From NCBI RefSeq assembly GCF_006345805.1, contig NC_043014.1, positions 25,544,001-25,608,000 on the forward strand: DNA of 64,000 nt. Direction: 5' to 3'. Each line of letters begins with the position of its first letter. The stretch's first letter is position 1. Below, in pieces: positions 1 to 13,319 of this stretch. The notes under the pieces are model-generated. The model made no database searches. It was given only the letters and a program-made list of their open reading frames with translations, and was not told the DNA's origin. This DNA comes from Octopus sinensis. Lineage: Eukaryota. The translations under genes were made by a program, and so were the position numbers.

Positions 1-484
1 CAACCTTTCTGTTCTTCTGGCAGCAAATTCTAACTGTCAAGCTGCTCATAAATGCTTTCTGAGAGCATTCCTCTTAATAGTTTCTACATCAATGATAAGC
101 AAGTGATTGGTCTAAATTACTAGCTATATTGCCTTGTTTTTGTCTTTCATAAGGAGTACTGTTCTCCCTTTTGTAATTCAATCTGGTATTACTCCTCCAT
201 TCAGGCAATCCTGAAATTGTTCCCTTAGTCTTCCTGTAAGCTACTAAATTTCTTTAACCAGTACCCTTGAATTAAATCTGGTCCTGGGCCCTTCCAATTC
301 AGCATTCTTCCTAACACTTTACTCATTAATGCACTAATTAGTTTTAGATCTGGCTGCTTCTTGCTAGCTACTTCTTCCCTCACTTTCTTTAACCATACTG
401 CATTTCCATCATGATTGACTGGCTTATTCCAAATATCACTCCATATCTTGCACCTTGACATTTAGAATTTGCTGCCAGAAGAAC

Positions 485-1255
485 TTTACTCAGTCAGCTG
501 TTTGATGTGAACTGCGTTCACTACGCGTGCAAGCATGCGTAAATTGCATGAAAAATAAAAAATCAAGATATAAAAACAAATCGCCATAAACATAGTAGAA
601 ATTCGGCGAAGAAATGAATTTTCGGGATGTAACCTGGAGGGTTTTTTCGTATTAATTGTTTGGACTTTGTGAACACATACCAATTGTTTTCATAACATTT
701 TTTAATAACTTTGAATTAAATGTGACCATTTTGCATTGAGTCTGCAGTTTGAATCACTTTAACCAAATTTTAGCAGGCCGGATTTTTGATCATCACGATA
801 CATCATCAGCGACTCTCCCCTGAAATCCCCGTTGAGAAATACTGATCTAAAAGAATAATTCAACAATGCAATTATTTGATCAACAAAAATTTATGAAACA
901 CTTCTACATACTTCCTATTGAGGAAATGGAACACATAAGCGCAAAATTAGAGGGCATTAAATGCTTGATTGTAAAACCAAAATAATTGAATTTTGATTGA
1001 ACTTCATCCAAGTTTAGCTTAATTTGCCCATGCATAGAACGCACGAGCGCATGTACGTACATTGTGTAAGGAAGTATTGATTTTGCACTCGCAGATTAAT
1101 CGATTTTCCTCAGTGCGATAAATAGTCACACGTGCAAAAATCATTTGCACTGCTTTGCTTTCGTATGACGCAGCGTGCTACGAGTTCAGCGAGATCAGTT
1201 ACTTGTGAGTTGTAACAATTTTTGCTTCCACTGGTAAGCCGGGCAATACTGCTAG
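485..1255 (+). mobile_element. Non-autonomous Helitron-like fragment (3' end visible)
   Basis: Ends GCCGGGCAATACTG-CTAG|T (CTAG at 1252-1255), the same terminus as the element ending at 31227. 5' end not identified. Confidence 0.5.
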
Positions 1256-1320
1256 TATATATATAGATATATAACTCACAAATTATATATGCCTTCACTC
1301 TACCAGTTAGTCTCTCTCTC

Positions 1321-1351
<31 letters not shown>

Positions 1352-1361
1352 GTATGTATAT

Positions 1362-1452
<91 letters not shown>

Positions 1453-1475
1453 TATGTTTATATATACATATGTAT
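1256..1475. repeat. (TA)n-rich compound microsatellite
   Basis: Direct reading; source of the spurious IYIY ORFs. Confidence 0.95.
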
Positions 1476-1766
1476 GTGGGTGTGTAAAATACTTTGTAAG
1501 CTTCAGCCAAATCGATATTTTATTATAACTTTGATTTCAATGTATTAATTATGAACAATTTATTTTCAAACTTGGCTGTGTTTTTCAAGCTATTATATGT
1601 CCATCAATTTTTTCTTTGTTCGTTAGGTTTGTATTTCACTTTGATTCCAATTTTTGGCTACATTAGATATGAAAGAATTATAGATTTGCGATATGTGTGA
1701 AGCACAGAGATTCATGACTTTTTCTTTTGCACTGTCTTTCATTTTTTTATAACCCTTTCACTCATA

Positions 1767-2739
1767 CGAGGTGGTATCAAAAGGTTCCCAGACTAGTTCT
1801 GTAGCACACCAACATGATTGTATGCGCAGTGAGAGCTAGCAGTGACCTTCAAATAGTGTGCCAAGTGACATTGTTGTGTTTACTTTGCAAGTTGTGAATT
1901 CATCAGCTTGTGCATGAGGATAGTCAGAGGATAATCAATGACATTGCTGATGTTGTTGGGTCTATGCAAGCAATTCTAATGCCTGAATTGAACATGTGAC
2001 ATGTCTCAGCCAAATTTGTCTACTGCCTGCTGACCAGAGAGCAGAAAGAACATCACATTGAAGTCCGTCAAGATCTCCATCAGCATGCCACCAATGACCC
2101 AACTTTCATGTCAAGAATCATCATCAGTGACAAGATTTGGGTGTACCATTACGACTCTGAGATGAAGCAGCAGTCATCACAATGGAAAAAGCTTTCATCT
2201 TCACAACTGAAGAAGGCACAACAGAGCTGCAGCTCAATCAAGGGTATGCTCATCGTTTTTTTCAACATCTGTAGTATTGTGCATCAAGAACTTGTTCCCC
2301 AGGGCCAGACCATCAATCAAGAGTTCTACTGTGACATTTTAAAGTATTTGGCAAAAGTGACTAGATCTGTGGAGCAAGAATTGGATTCTTCATGATAACA
2401 ATGCACCTTGTTACCAAGCTCTCCAACATAGTATTGCTTCTGCACCTGCCCTGTTCACCAGATTTAACACCTGCAGACTTCCATCTCTTCCTCAAGCTGA
2501 AAATGCAGCTCAAAGGTCACCATTTTCACACTGTTGTCAAGATCAAGAGCAAATCGCAGAAGGTCCTTAACTCGCTTCTGGAAAATGACTTCCAGGTTGG
2601 ATTCCAATAGTGGCAGGAATGCTGGGACCAGTGTATTGCTGTGGAAGGTGACTATTTCAAAAGAGATGATGTTAAAACAGATAAATAAGTTATTTTTCAT
2701 TAAACATAACTAGTTCGGAAACTTTTTCATACCACCTTG
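1767..2739 (+). mobile_element. Degenerate mariner DNA transposon
   Basis: ~31-bp imperfect TIRs (CGAGGTGGTATCAAAAGG.../...TTTTTCATACCACCTTG), TA duplications at 1765-66 and 2740-41. Remnants DKIWVYHYDSEMKQQSSQW and CSPDLTPADFHLF (mariner DE(T)W and YSPDLAP-D motifs). Confidence 0.9.
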
Positions 2740-4289
2740 TACCTATTCTGCTCGTAACTACTACCCCTCCTGAATAAATTAATAAATTAATGTCACCTAT
2801 ATTTTTAGCATCTATCCTACTGATAACAGAATCTACTTTCCTAGTAAGGTTAATATCTGCTGATAATCTTTTTTCTTTCTTCTTTACTCATTGCATTCTT
2901 CAAGTTATCTAAGGTCACAGGTGTCAATTTTCCCTTCCTGATTGGTGGTGCTATCATTTTGTTTTTTATTTTGTAGGCTTTTCTTTGGCTTGAATTGAAT
3001 CACTTATGTTGGTTGGGTGTTCTGCTTCTTGATCTCTCTTTTTTAGTTCTCTTGTGGTCTCTTCTACCTCCAATTATGTCGTCCACATTTATCTCCTGAT
3101 AGCATTAGCCCGCTCCACTTGTCGTTTGACTGTTACTTCAAAACCCCCACTTTTTACCCAAAGTGCTAATATACATTTTCTGTAACCCCTTACTTCAGGC
3201 TCACTTTTCAAGTAGCACTTCATCACTACCCTTTTCTCTTTGCTTGTCTATTTCCTCACTGCTGAGTGAGTGACCTTACCTTAAATGTCCAGCCTTATTT
3301 ACTCTATTATCACTAAAATTTCTGTGTAAACTCATATCCCTCATAAACTAAGGTAAGGCAATGTTTGTGTGTGCTTTTATCTTGACAGCTTCACTATGCA
3401 CTGATGATGTTTTTTTTTCTTTCTTATCATTATTACTACTAATGTCACTACCACTACTATTACTATTATTATTATCACTATCATCATTACTATTACCTGA
3501 TATGTTTAAATTCCTATGATAGCTTCAGATTTCTACTGCATCACTTACTACATCTCCGTGTACTTTTTTTTTTTTTGTTGGGAGAGTACAAACTCTTCTC
3601 TGTATTGTTTTGCACCAGTATCTTTTATTATGAGATTTGGCTTGAGTCTTTTGTTGCATTAGTGTTTATATTGTGTGTTGTGTGTATAATGTGAATTGTG
3701 GTTTTCTGTTGGGTATCCAACGTGTAGAGTACATGTTGTGGGGTTGTTTATTTTATTGGACAAGTTTGTCTATTTTGGCTTAGGAAACATTCCCTTCTTG
3801 TAAGATATGCCATCAGGCGTTTGCAAGTGAATTTTGTTTTTCCTTATATCTTTATCATTCTTCCTCCATATCTCATATATTAATTTTATTATTCCTATGT
3901 GTTGCATTGTTGAATGCATATAGAACTTCAATATAGTCATCATCTGTCCAACATTCTCTTTTGGTTTTGTTTTTCGTTTGGTCAGTGACATTAAGAAATG
4001 GGTCTATCAGTTCAGTGTTAACTTTTTGATAGAACACTGCCTCTGGACATGTGCTGTTTCTTTTGTATCACGATTTGCCCAAGGCTTACAGAATGAAATT
4101 TGCTGTTATTTCTCTCTTCTTGATAGCTTTATCAGCAAGCACAGCTGCTCCTTTCCACTGTTTAAAAAGACACTTGTTTCATCTTTTGTTAAAGTCATTT
4201 AAATATTGTGTGTTTGATGTCTGTTGTGGCAGTTTCTTAAAATCCTGCTTGGTGATGATCTCAGGTATTGTGATAATTATTATTCTTAA

Positions 4290-4580
4290 TATTATTATTT
4301 CTAGCATAGGTACAAGGCCACAAATTTTGGGCTATGAGCATAGGAAATTAAACCCACTCTGGTACTTGATTTGTACTTTATCAATCCTGGAAGGTTGAAA
4401 GGAACAGTTGACCATGGCAAGAACTGAACTCAGTTGATTAAATCAGCTTCAGTATTTCTTCAGTACTGTATTTTATTAATTCCAGAGGGATGAAAAACTC
4501 TGGAAGAATTTGAACTCAGAACATAAATAGCCAGAACAAATACTGCAAGGTATTTTGTTTGATACACTAACAATTTCTAA
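4290..4580 (-). repeat. Tandemly arranged tRNA-derived SINE fragments
   Basis: Reverse complement resembles the TTTCATCC..GATAAA..AGTACCAG core seen at 10395-11030 and 51310-51560. Confidence 0.45.
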
Positions 4581-5016
4581 CAATACAGCTGTCAAGGATA
4601 TTAAATATGTCTACACAGTGGAATCAAAATAAGATTGCAACTTGGTTCATTAAACATGAGATGATGTGCTTTGAATGCTCATTATTCAACAACAGCATTT
4701 TCCTAAAATTCTTTTCCCAACACAGTGTGGCCACCAATAATCTCCATTGTGGTTACACCTAGATCTACTTCCATCATGACTGAACATTTTAACTAAATTA
4801 TCAAAACAAAATTACACAGCTAGAAGATGAACAAGCCAGTAAGGGAAGCTACTATATAGCCAATCAAACCACTAGAAGTAGCAGTTAAATCTTTCTCAAA
4901 TTATGTCCAAAACAATGGAATAGTTACAACTGAAAAATATTTAATCATGAGTCGGCTGGTTTAGACTCATGATAAAAAATTTAAAAAGAAGAATGAGGAA
5001 AAAACAAGCAACTTAC

Positions 5017-5225
5017 ATAGATCAGGCATTTTAGACTTGTACAAAAAATTGAACAATGACCATTTTTTAACCTGCTTCTTCTCACTGGAGGCTACTACCT
5101 TCTTTATTGTCAAGTCAGCACTAGATGGCACATATTCAACATTCAGTGTGACAGCTGGTGGCCATTTCTTCATTGCAGTTCGAAGATATGTCCAATAAGA
5201 TTTCAAAGGCCCAAAGTACCAATAT
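5017..5225 (-). CDS. AGK: Acylglycerol kinase, internal exon (209 nt, phase 2 to phase 1)
   Basis: Acceptor TATTTCAG|, donor |GTAAGT. Encodes (K)YWYFGPLKSYWTYLRTAMKKWPPAV...KMPDL, matching vertebrate AGK KYWYLGPLK...LKEWP as I recall it. Confidence 0.9.
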
Positions 5226-5309
5226 CTGAAATAGACACATAGATTTTGATTCCAGATCACTAAATGACAAAACATATCTGCAGTAGGTTTTTGCCAAATA
5301 ATTTTATCT

Positions 5310-8300
5310 TATCATCATCATCATCGTTTAACGTCCATTTTCCATGCTGGCATGGGTTGGACAACTTGACTGAGGTCTAGAGAGCCAGTAGCTGCACCAG
5401 GCTCCAATCTGATCTGGCAATGTTTCTACAGCTGGATGCCCTTCCTAATGCCAACCACTCCTAGAGTATAGTGGGTGCTTTTTACGTGCCACCGGCACAG
5501 GAGCCTGTCGAGCAGGCCTGGTATGAATCACTTTCAGATAGTACTTTTTTATGTGCCACCAGCATGGTGTCCAATCAGGGGATACTGTCATTGGCCACGT
5601 TCAAATGGTGCTTTTTATGTGCCACCACCATGAGAGCCAGTCAATGGGTACTGGCATCGGCCATGTTCAGATGGTGCTTTTTACACACTACCGGCATGGG
5701 AGCCAGTCAAGGGGAAATGATTACAGCTATGATATTGGTTTTACTTGACTCAACATCTTCTCCAGCATATCATATCACCTGACACATCAGGGGTACTCTT
5801 AACTGGGATGGACATGGGTGGCTGCAATCTCACTTTAGTTGCTGGGTCTTGTTAATCACAGCATACCTCTAAAGGTCTTGGTGTCCTGTCATTGCCTCTG
5901 TAAGACCCAGTGTTCAAAGGTCATGCTTCATCACCTCTCCCATGTCTTCCTGGGTCTACCTCTTCCATAAATTTCTTCCACAAGGCGTGGCACTTCTTCA
6001 CACAGCTGTCCTCATCCATACATAACACATGACCATACCAGTGCAATCGTCTCTCTTACACGCCACATTTGATGCTTCTTATGCCTAACTTTTCTCTCAG
6101 GGCATTTACACACTGTCATGTATGCACACTGACATTACACATCCAGTGGATCATACTAGCTTCATTTCTTTCAAGCTTACGCATTTCTTCAGCAGTCATG
6201 GCCCATGTTTCACTGCCGTGTAGCATGGCAGTTCGCACACATGCATCATACAGTCTACCTTTCATCCTGAGCGAGAGGCTCTTAGTTGCCAGCAAAGGTA
6301 GGAGCTCCCTGAACTTTGCCCACGCTATTCTTATTCTAGCCGCTACACTCTCAGAGCAACCACCTCCACGACAGACTTGATCGCCTAGGTAGCAGAAGCT
6401 ATTAACTACTTCTAATTTCTCCCTCTGGCATGTGATGGAATCTGTTTTCTGTACATCTTCAGTGTTTATTACCCCTGTGCATCTGCCATACACAAAAACT
6501 ATTTTCCCAGTTAACTTTCCTTTCATATTGCTGCACCTCTTATGTGTCCATAGCTTACACTGGGTACATCGTATGGAGTTTCTACCCATGCCTTTTCTAC
6601 AGATCGAGCAGGGCCATTTACCTGAAGGGGTTTGTAATTTGACAGCCTTTCTACTTACTAAGGCTTTAGTTTTTGCTAGGTTAACCCTAAGGCCCTTCAA
6701 TTCTAGATTTTGCTTCCATACCCTAAACTTCATCTCTAGTTTTGGCTATTAAAGCAAGGTCATCAGCATAGAGGAGCTCCCAAGGGCAGCCGGTCTTGAA
6801 TTCCTCTGTTATTGCCAGGAGGACTATAATGAATAAGAGGGGGCTGAAGACTGATTCTTGGTGAACCTCTACTTCTACTCAGAATTTTTCACTATTCTCG
6901 TTGCCAACCCTCACTTTACTGACAGCATCCTTGTACAGCTCTTACTAACCACTCATGTATCCCCAGTTTCCGCACTGGCTACCACATAAGGAATTTGGGG
7001 ACTCTGTCAAAGGCTTTCTCCAAGTACAGAGGTTTATCTTTGGCTAGATATTTCTCCTACAGTTGCCTTACCAGAAATATTGCACAAGTAGTGCTTCTGC
7101 CTGGCACAAAACCAAACTGCATCTCATCTAGGCTAACTCTCTCTCTAATTAGTTGGGCTATGACCCTCTCTAACTTTCATCACCTGATCCAATAATTTGA
7201 TACCCCTATAACTTCTATCTAAAAAGCATCACCTTTACCCTTGTAGCAGTTGACTATGGTGCTGCTACACCAGTCATTGGGTATGACTCCATGAACTACC
7301 TGATTTACGATGCGGGTGACAAGACTATAACCCACATGGCCTGATATTTTAAGCATCTCAGCAGTGATTCCTGATGGGCCAGGTGCTTTCCCTGTCTTCA
7401 TATCCTTAATTGTTTTATCTACCAGGGTACTGCTGATTTGGGTAGCTGGTTCCTCAACTGGGTCAATCTTTGGCAGACTCTCCTCCTCCACATTCAGCAG
7501 TCTTTCATAATGTCATCTCCAAGCCTCTTTCTTTGCAGAATCATTAAACGCAAGGGCCCCATCATCCATGTGGACACATTTCTCTCCTGTGACATCACAG
7601 TTTTCTCTCACACACTGCCTTGCAATCCAAAATACTTCAGTTCTTTGGTCCTCATGTTGCTGAACAGTGGCAAATTTCTTTTCTGCTACTCCCTTGGCTA
7701 TATATAACTGTCTCCTAGCTTCCCTTTTGGTTATCTGATACATTCTCCTGCTATCCCCACTCTTCCATGCCCTCCAAGCCTGTTTCCTTGCTCTAATAGC
7801 CCTGTCTATAGTATTGTTCCACCACCATGTTACTCTGCATCTGGAAGGGACTTTCCACCAGCCACAGATTTGGTCTGTGGCACTCAGCAAGCTATCTCGC
7901 AGGAATTCCCAGCTGCCTTCTAGCTCACAGGACTGTAGCTCCTCCTCCCTATCATCAAATTTCTTGGTAACGACATCCCTAAATCTCTGACCATGTGAAG
8001 GGTTCTTAAGCTTCCAAGTCCTTCTTTTCAATATTGGTCTGCTTTTTGGCATCCTTCTGGCCTCAAGTCTAAAGTCACTAACAACTATATTATGTTGTAT
8101 ATATATGTTGTATACAAAGAACCTTCACCAAGGAGGTTCTTTGTATTTAAGAGCAACCATGCATCTGGTGAGAATAAAATCAATCTGGCTAGCAGAGTCA
8201 CCTGATTGATAGGTTATCAGGTGGCTAGCTGGCTTCCTGAAGTTGGTGTTGTAGATCAATAGGTTATTTGCATCGCAGAACTCCAAGAGTCTAGTTCCCT

Positions 8301-9430
8301 CTTCATTTCTGGTACCAACTCCATGCTCCCCCCCATGTACACCATGGAAGATACCAGGTTGCTGTCTGACATCATCATCATCATCATCATCGTTTAGCGT
8401 TCGCTTTCCATGCTAGCATGGGTTGGACGGTTCAACTGGGGTCTGGGAACCCAGAAGGCTGCACCAGGCCCAGTCTGATCTGGCAATGTTTCTACGGCTG
8501 GATGCCCTTCCTAACGCCAATCACTCCGTGAGTGTAGTGGGTTCTTTTTACATGCCACCGGCATGTTCTTATATAGGGAAAATAATGTTAGTCAGCATGG
8601 CCTAGAATTTATAACTTCCTTACCATAATCAGGACCGTATATTATTTTTTGACCGATTTCTTTAGTTCAGTCAACCTTGCGGTGGATTTAGGTAGATTCC
8701 AGTATTTCAGCTTATTTCACCTTTATGGTATACCTATTCTGTTGTGCATTAAATTCAACTGATGATCTAGTGATGTGCACAATTCTTCTATCTCAAAATT
8801 TTGTTGCATACCCAATTGAATATTAGCTGATGATTCATTTTCTGTGGTAATGTTTCAACAAAATTTTAATATCTTTACCTTTTGTCCATTAAAATCTCCA
8901 GCCACAAAGATGAGATCATTGTCATTCATCTTTGAGGTAGCCTACAGAAGAATATCATAAAAGTGATCCTTTTGTTCATTTGGTAGGCCCGCTTGTGGGG
9001 TGTAGGCAGAGATAATTGTGGCTATACCATTCTGCAAGACTAGCCTGAGTTGAAGCACTCTACTGCACAACCTCTATGACGTTATCCACCCATTTCTCTG
9101 CAAGAAGTATGCCCACACCCACTATTCCATCACTGTTACCTTCCCAGAAGAGTTTATACCTATGTGCTTTGCCTGTGTGAACTCTGGCTGAAGCTCCTCT
9201 CCACCTTACCTCTTGTACGCAACATACATCAACATGTCTCTATTCAAGCCTCTCTACAATCTCACTAGACCTACCTTTCAATGTGCCTACACTTACAGTG
9301 CCAACTCTAAAAATTGGGAAAGAGATATGGGAGGTAACACAGGAAGGAGAGATTTTATTCAGCACCTGAAAAGAAGGTTCCCATGATCGTTTGGTAATAG
9401 ACATCATAACAGTTGTTCTTGCTTTTAACC
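5310..9430 (-). mobile_element. Near full-length degenerate RTE-clade LINE (APE + RT + 3' minisatellite tail ending (GAT)n)
   Basis: APE motifs VGTLKGRSSEIV, QEVRW, AGDFNG; RT region KAPGPSGITAEMLK, LYADD, RIRIAWAKFRELLP. Tail with (CAT)n on + at ~5310. Same family as 31259-38309 and 59172-60925, opposite orientation. Confidence 0.9.
8372..8882. mobile_element. Chimeric insertion: RTE 3' tail (-) joined to an internal piggyBac-like fragment
   Basis: 8372-8562 is the RTE tail. ~8571-8882 matches ~47290-47600 (AGGGAAAATAATGTTAGTCAGCATGGCCTAG...). The flanks rejoin to restore the APE reading GDFNGHVRQ. Confidence 0.6.
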
Positions 9431-10394
9431 TACCATCATTCAAATATGTTAGAATTGTTACGGTTGTTGCCTCTACTGGGGAGATAGGAGTGAGGAAGCA
9501 TTGTATATGAAAGTGTTTGGGGCATTGTAAATATAAGTATTATGAGCATTGTGGGTGTAAGCATAATGCAGATATAAATGTAAAAAAAAAAGGGTAAGTG
9601 GGCTGCTATCTGGTTTAGTTAATCCAGAGATGGGGGTGGGCGAGAAAAAGGAGAGGGCGGCAAGATTACCAATATAAGAGGAGAGAGGAGAAGGGCAACT
9701 GGATGTCTGGTTAGAGAGATTTCCAGTATTGGTGGGAAAGGGTGGGTGGTTGCACTGACACGAAGAGTATTAACAGGAAAGTACGAAATATGTATATACT
9801 TGTAGCCAAAACACAAGGTTAGTCATTGTATGGTTAGAACAAACAAGAAAGAATTATTTTAGAGAATAGATGAGTTTGAAAACAATTAAAAATAAGAGAA
9901 AGCCTTAGATGTAATACTGTCACTTAAAATGTAAGATACCTCAAGTTCTAGAACTGATTCAATAACTCTCCTCCTATAAATTAATTTACTACTGATACTA
10001 GCCATCACCAATTTCCTTGTATTGTGAATGTTACCCATTAAAATGCATTATTTTGACTTCTGTTGAATTTTGTATAAAACATTTTGGTTTTATTAAACAT
10101 TGATTTTAAGCAATATCTTTCACATGCATTTTTGCAATGTACATACATGACACACTGCCCTGTAAAACACCATCATAAGAATAAAATAGAAATTGATATA
10201 TGCTGCAGTTCAGTTCCTTGTCTCAGGACACAGAATTTCAAACAATAATACTTGTCTTTAAAAGAACTACAAATTAAAAAGAAAAACAACACAACATTGT
10301 ACTAAATGATTATACAGATGTACTATAAAATTTCATCTGTAATTTGTTGTCACAATAATTTCATAAGCTTCTCTTAACAAAGTACTTATTTTAC

Positions 10395-11030
10395 AGGTAG
10401 GTTTCCAATTAATTTAGTTAGAACCTACTGACTATATCTCCATCTCCCATTCAAAATGTATGGCCTTGATTATTATCACTTTTACTTATAGTCTTTTACA
10501 TTATGATTTCAAATCCCACTGATGTCCACTTTGCCTTTCATTTTTCCAAAGTTGATAAAATAAATACCAGCATATCATTGGAGCTGATTTAAATCAACTA
10601 AACCCATCCCTTAAAAAGTGCTGGCTTTGTAGCTAAATTAGAAATTATAAACAGAGCTGATTGACAGAAACATTATAGCACTGGACAAATTACCTTGCAG
10701 AATTTGTTCGAGTTCTTTAGTTTCTGAGGTGAAATCTTGATACGGTTAACTTTGATTTTTGTCATTTAGGGTTGATAAAATAAAGTACTAACCATGTATT
10801 GAGATTAGTCTAATCAACTATCTCCACCACCCCAAATTCAATTTATTATTATTGATGTTGATGGTGAAGGTGGAGTTGTAGAATTGGTAGAGTGCTGGAG
10901 AACCTGATTTGTAGTGCTTAGCTATATTCTGTTAGACACTGTGTTCAAATCCTGTTGACATTGTCTTTGTTTCTTATTTTTTTGGCAGATGCTGAAGAGA
11001 TTTAAAAATACAAAATACTTTTAGAGATGT
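10395..11030 (+). repeat. Tandem array of tRNA-derived SINE units
   Basis: Repeated TTCAAATCC B-box-like heads followed by TTTGCCTTTCAT...GTTGATAAAATAA.TACCA cores. Confidence 0.55.
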
Positions 11031-11404
11031 CTTCTGAACTAACTGGAATGATTAAAATATGGGATGATCATAGCTGGATTGCCTTTGATCATAGTTTATG
11101 CTGCATCAAGATTACCTGGTGTTAAACAATAACAAGTCAGTGAGCACAATATGCTAGATCATTTGAGAATATACAAGAATTCTTTTAGGCACCCATACTC
11201 CTATGTTCTGTTCTAATCACTACAGCACAAGCCAATAAGAAAGCCTCTAGAGGGCTGCTCAATCTGCTAAATATACCAGTAAAATTCCCTCAAATCACAA
11301 TTGCCATCATTAAAAGGAAGGCCTCATTAAATATGTGGTCTTTTTAGTTGGTCATGGTTTCAATATTGCTGATTACAAGTCTGCTCAACAGGGATAACCT
11401 GGGA

Positions 11405-11540
11405 TTGAGGAGGAGGAGGAGGTGGTGGTGGTGGTGGTGGTGGTGGTGGTGGTGGTGGTAGTAGTAGTAGTAGTAGCAGTAGCAGCAGCAGTATTAGTAG
11501 CAGTAGTAGTATCAGCAGTAGTGGCAGCAGCAGTAGTAGT
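11405..11540. repeat. Compound trinucleotide repeat (GAG/GTG/GTA/GCA) abutting the AGK 5' splice site
   Basis: Direct reading; starts immediately after the minus-strand donor GTAAG at 11545-11541. Confidence 0.95.
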
Positions 11541-11545
11541 CTTAC

Positions 11546-11625
11546 TTTGTTTTCCGTGTTTCAGCATCATTATAAACACCAAGCTGCAACCCTGACATAG
11601 CATAGGTGTTTTTACCATCTTCGGC
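11546..11625 (-). CDS. AGK: Acylglycerol kinase, internal exon (80 nt, phase 0 to phase 2)
   Basis: Acceptor TTTTAATTTCAG|, donor |GTAAG. AEDGKNTYAMSGLQLGVYNDAETRKT(K) aligns with vertebrate [27 protein letters not shown]. Phase joins cleanly to the 5225 exon. Confidence 0.9.
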
Positions 11626-12909
11626 CTGAAATTAAAATAAAAGATAAAACAAAAGTAAAAGATTACATGAAGTACAATTATGAGCCAAAATCAAATGTAC
11701 AGAAAATATTTTTTTAAATTAATAAAAATTCAATAAAATTAAACTTTTCAATGTAAAGAAAATTCCTGAAAACTAAAACTGAAAAATTAAACTAAAAAAA
11801 CTATTGCATTTGATGGTTTATAAGCCATAAGCATCTTGATTGGCAGTATTCTAAACTCTGATTTTATAGGCTAGCATCCTAAAAGTGAAGAATCTCTTCC
11901 TTGAACCAAGATTTATCAGTAATCTAAACCCTAAAATGAAGGATACATTGGGTAATGAAATCATAGTTAAGCTATTCTTTATTCTTTTGCTGGTTTTGGT
12001 TTTGCACTGCAGTCATCATGGGACACCTCTTTCAAAGGTCTTAGCTGATCATACCCCAGTACATATTTCAGTCTGGTACTTATTTTATCATACTCTGTTT
12101 GTTGAACTGCTACATTAAACAACAGCTGTTTAAAAACTGGAGTAAACACACACACAGACATAGATATCGTTATCATTAATGTTCATTTTCCATGCTGGCT
12201 TGAGTTGGACAGTATGACAGGAGCTGATGAACCAGAGGAGGACATCAATCTCCTATGTCTTCTTTGGTATGGTTTCTACAGCTAGATGCCCTTGCTAATG
12301 CAAGTCACTTTACAGTGTACTGGTTGCTTTTTACATAGTGCCAACCCTAGTGAGATCACCAAGTAATTTGCAAGACAAGACTCCTCAACTTAGGGGATGC
12401 AGTATTGAGGGAGATAGTTTTATGTCAGGCTTATGTACAGTTTTCCTCTACTAAATTCTATTCACAAGTTATAGTTCAGCTTGAAGTTATAATAGAAGAT
12501 ACTTGCTCAAAGTGCTGTGCTGTGGAATTGAACATGTAACTCGAAAACTGTAAAGCAAACTAACCAGTCATGCATACACTTATATCTTACAAAAAAAAAT
12601 GTAATGGCTATAACTATTCTGATCATATGTCTACTTGATCAGGGCTGGCCTGGGGGTTACACAGCTATTTCATCACTAAAACCAATTACATCATAGCCAT
12701 TACAATAAACACCACAATGAGATGAGCAATGAATAGTGATTGGATAATACAGTCCTAGATACACTATGTTTTAAAAGAAAGATGGTTGGTCATAGTTGAG
12801 TACCTTGACTATAATTTTGATCAGTGTTGACTTAAGTCTAAACAAGAACAAAAAAACAACAGATATGGCTTTCATTAGAGGAAAGTACATGTTAAAAATT
12901 CCACCTTAC

Positions 12910-12979
12910 CTTTATTTCTAGCACATCTACAGGCTTTATAACAGACTTGATTACAGCCATGGAAGCATTCATGATAAAC
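12910..12979 (-). CDS. AGK: Acylglycerol kinase, internal exon (70 nt, phase 2 to phase 0)
   Basis: Acceptor TTTTGCTAG|, donor |GTAAGG. FIMNASMAVIKSVIKPVDVLEIK aligns with HITDATLAIVKGETVPLDVLQIK. Confidence 0.9.
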
Positions 12980-13319
12980 CTAGCAAAATAGTTCAACGTA
13001 AGTCATAGATGTAATACAGTAGTACTATATATTAATGAAATGTTCATTAATTATTCAGCACTCTTACTGCTTGTCGTGGTGAAGAGTGAGAGAGAGAGAG
13101 AGGATGGCCTTGAACACAGTATAATGTTAAGAAATGAAGTCTGATACCCTGTTATTATGGACCATCTATAGCTTTCCCCTGTCATGTACCAAGTTGAGTC
13201 AAGTTTTTTCAGATTTTTGCTGATGATATTTGGTAACTTGTATTTACATGTTATATCTTTAATTTGATATAACTTAACCAATCATTGCTAAATTGTTTAT
13301 TTTTTATTGTACAGATTTG

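Larger units (their letters stand above)
1..4250 (-). mobile_element. Degenerate R4-clade (ReO_6/Dong-like) non-LTR retrotransposon, interrupted by later insertions
   Basis: Minus-strand peptides WKGPGPDLIQGYWLKKF (225-461) and NLLPEEQKG (1-33) are R4-type RT motifs. KNIGDINLLIYSG (~2770-2820) and KRECWTDDDYIEVLYAF (~3910-3965) resemble the N-terminal region of this clade. Many stops and frameshifts. Confidence 0.7.

Noticed and set aside
1289-1548. IYIY/HTHT-type ORFs here and at 17.3-18.5 kb and 63.1-63.7 kb
   Set aside because: Translations of (TA)n, (CA)n and (TATG)n microsatellites.
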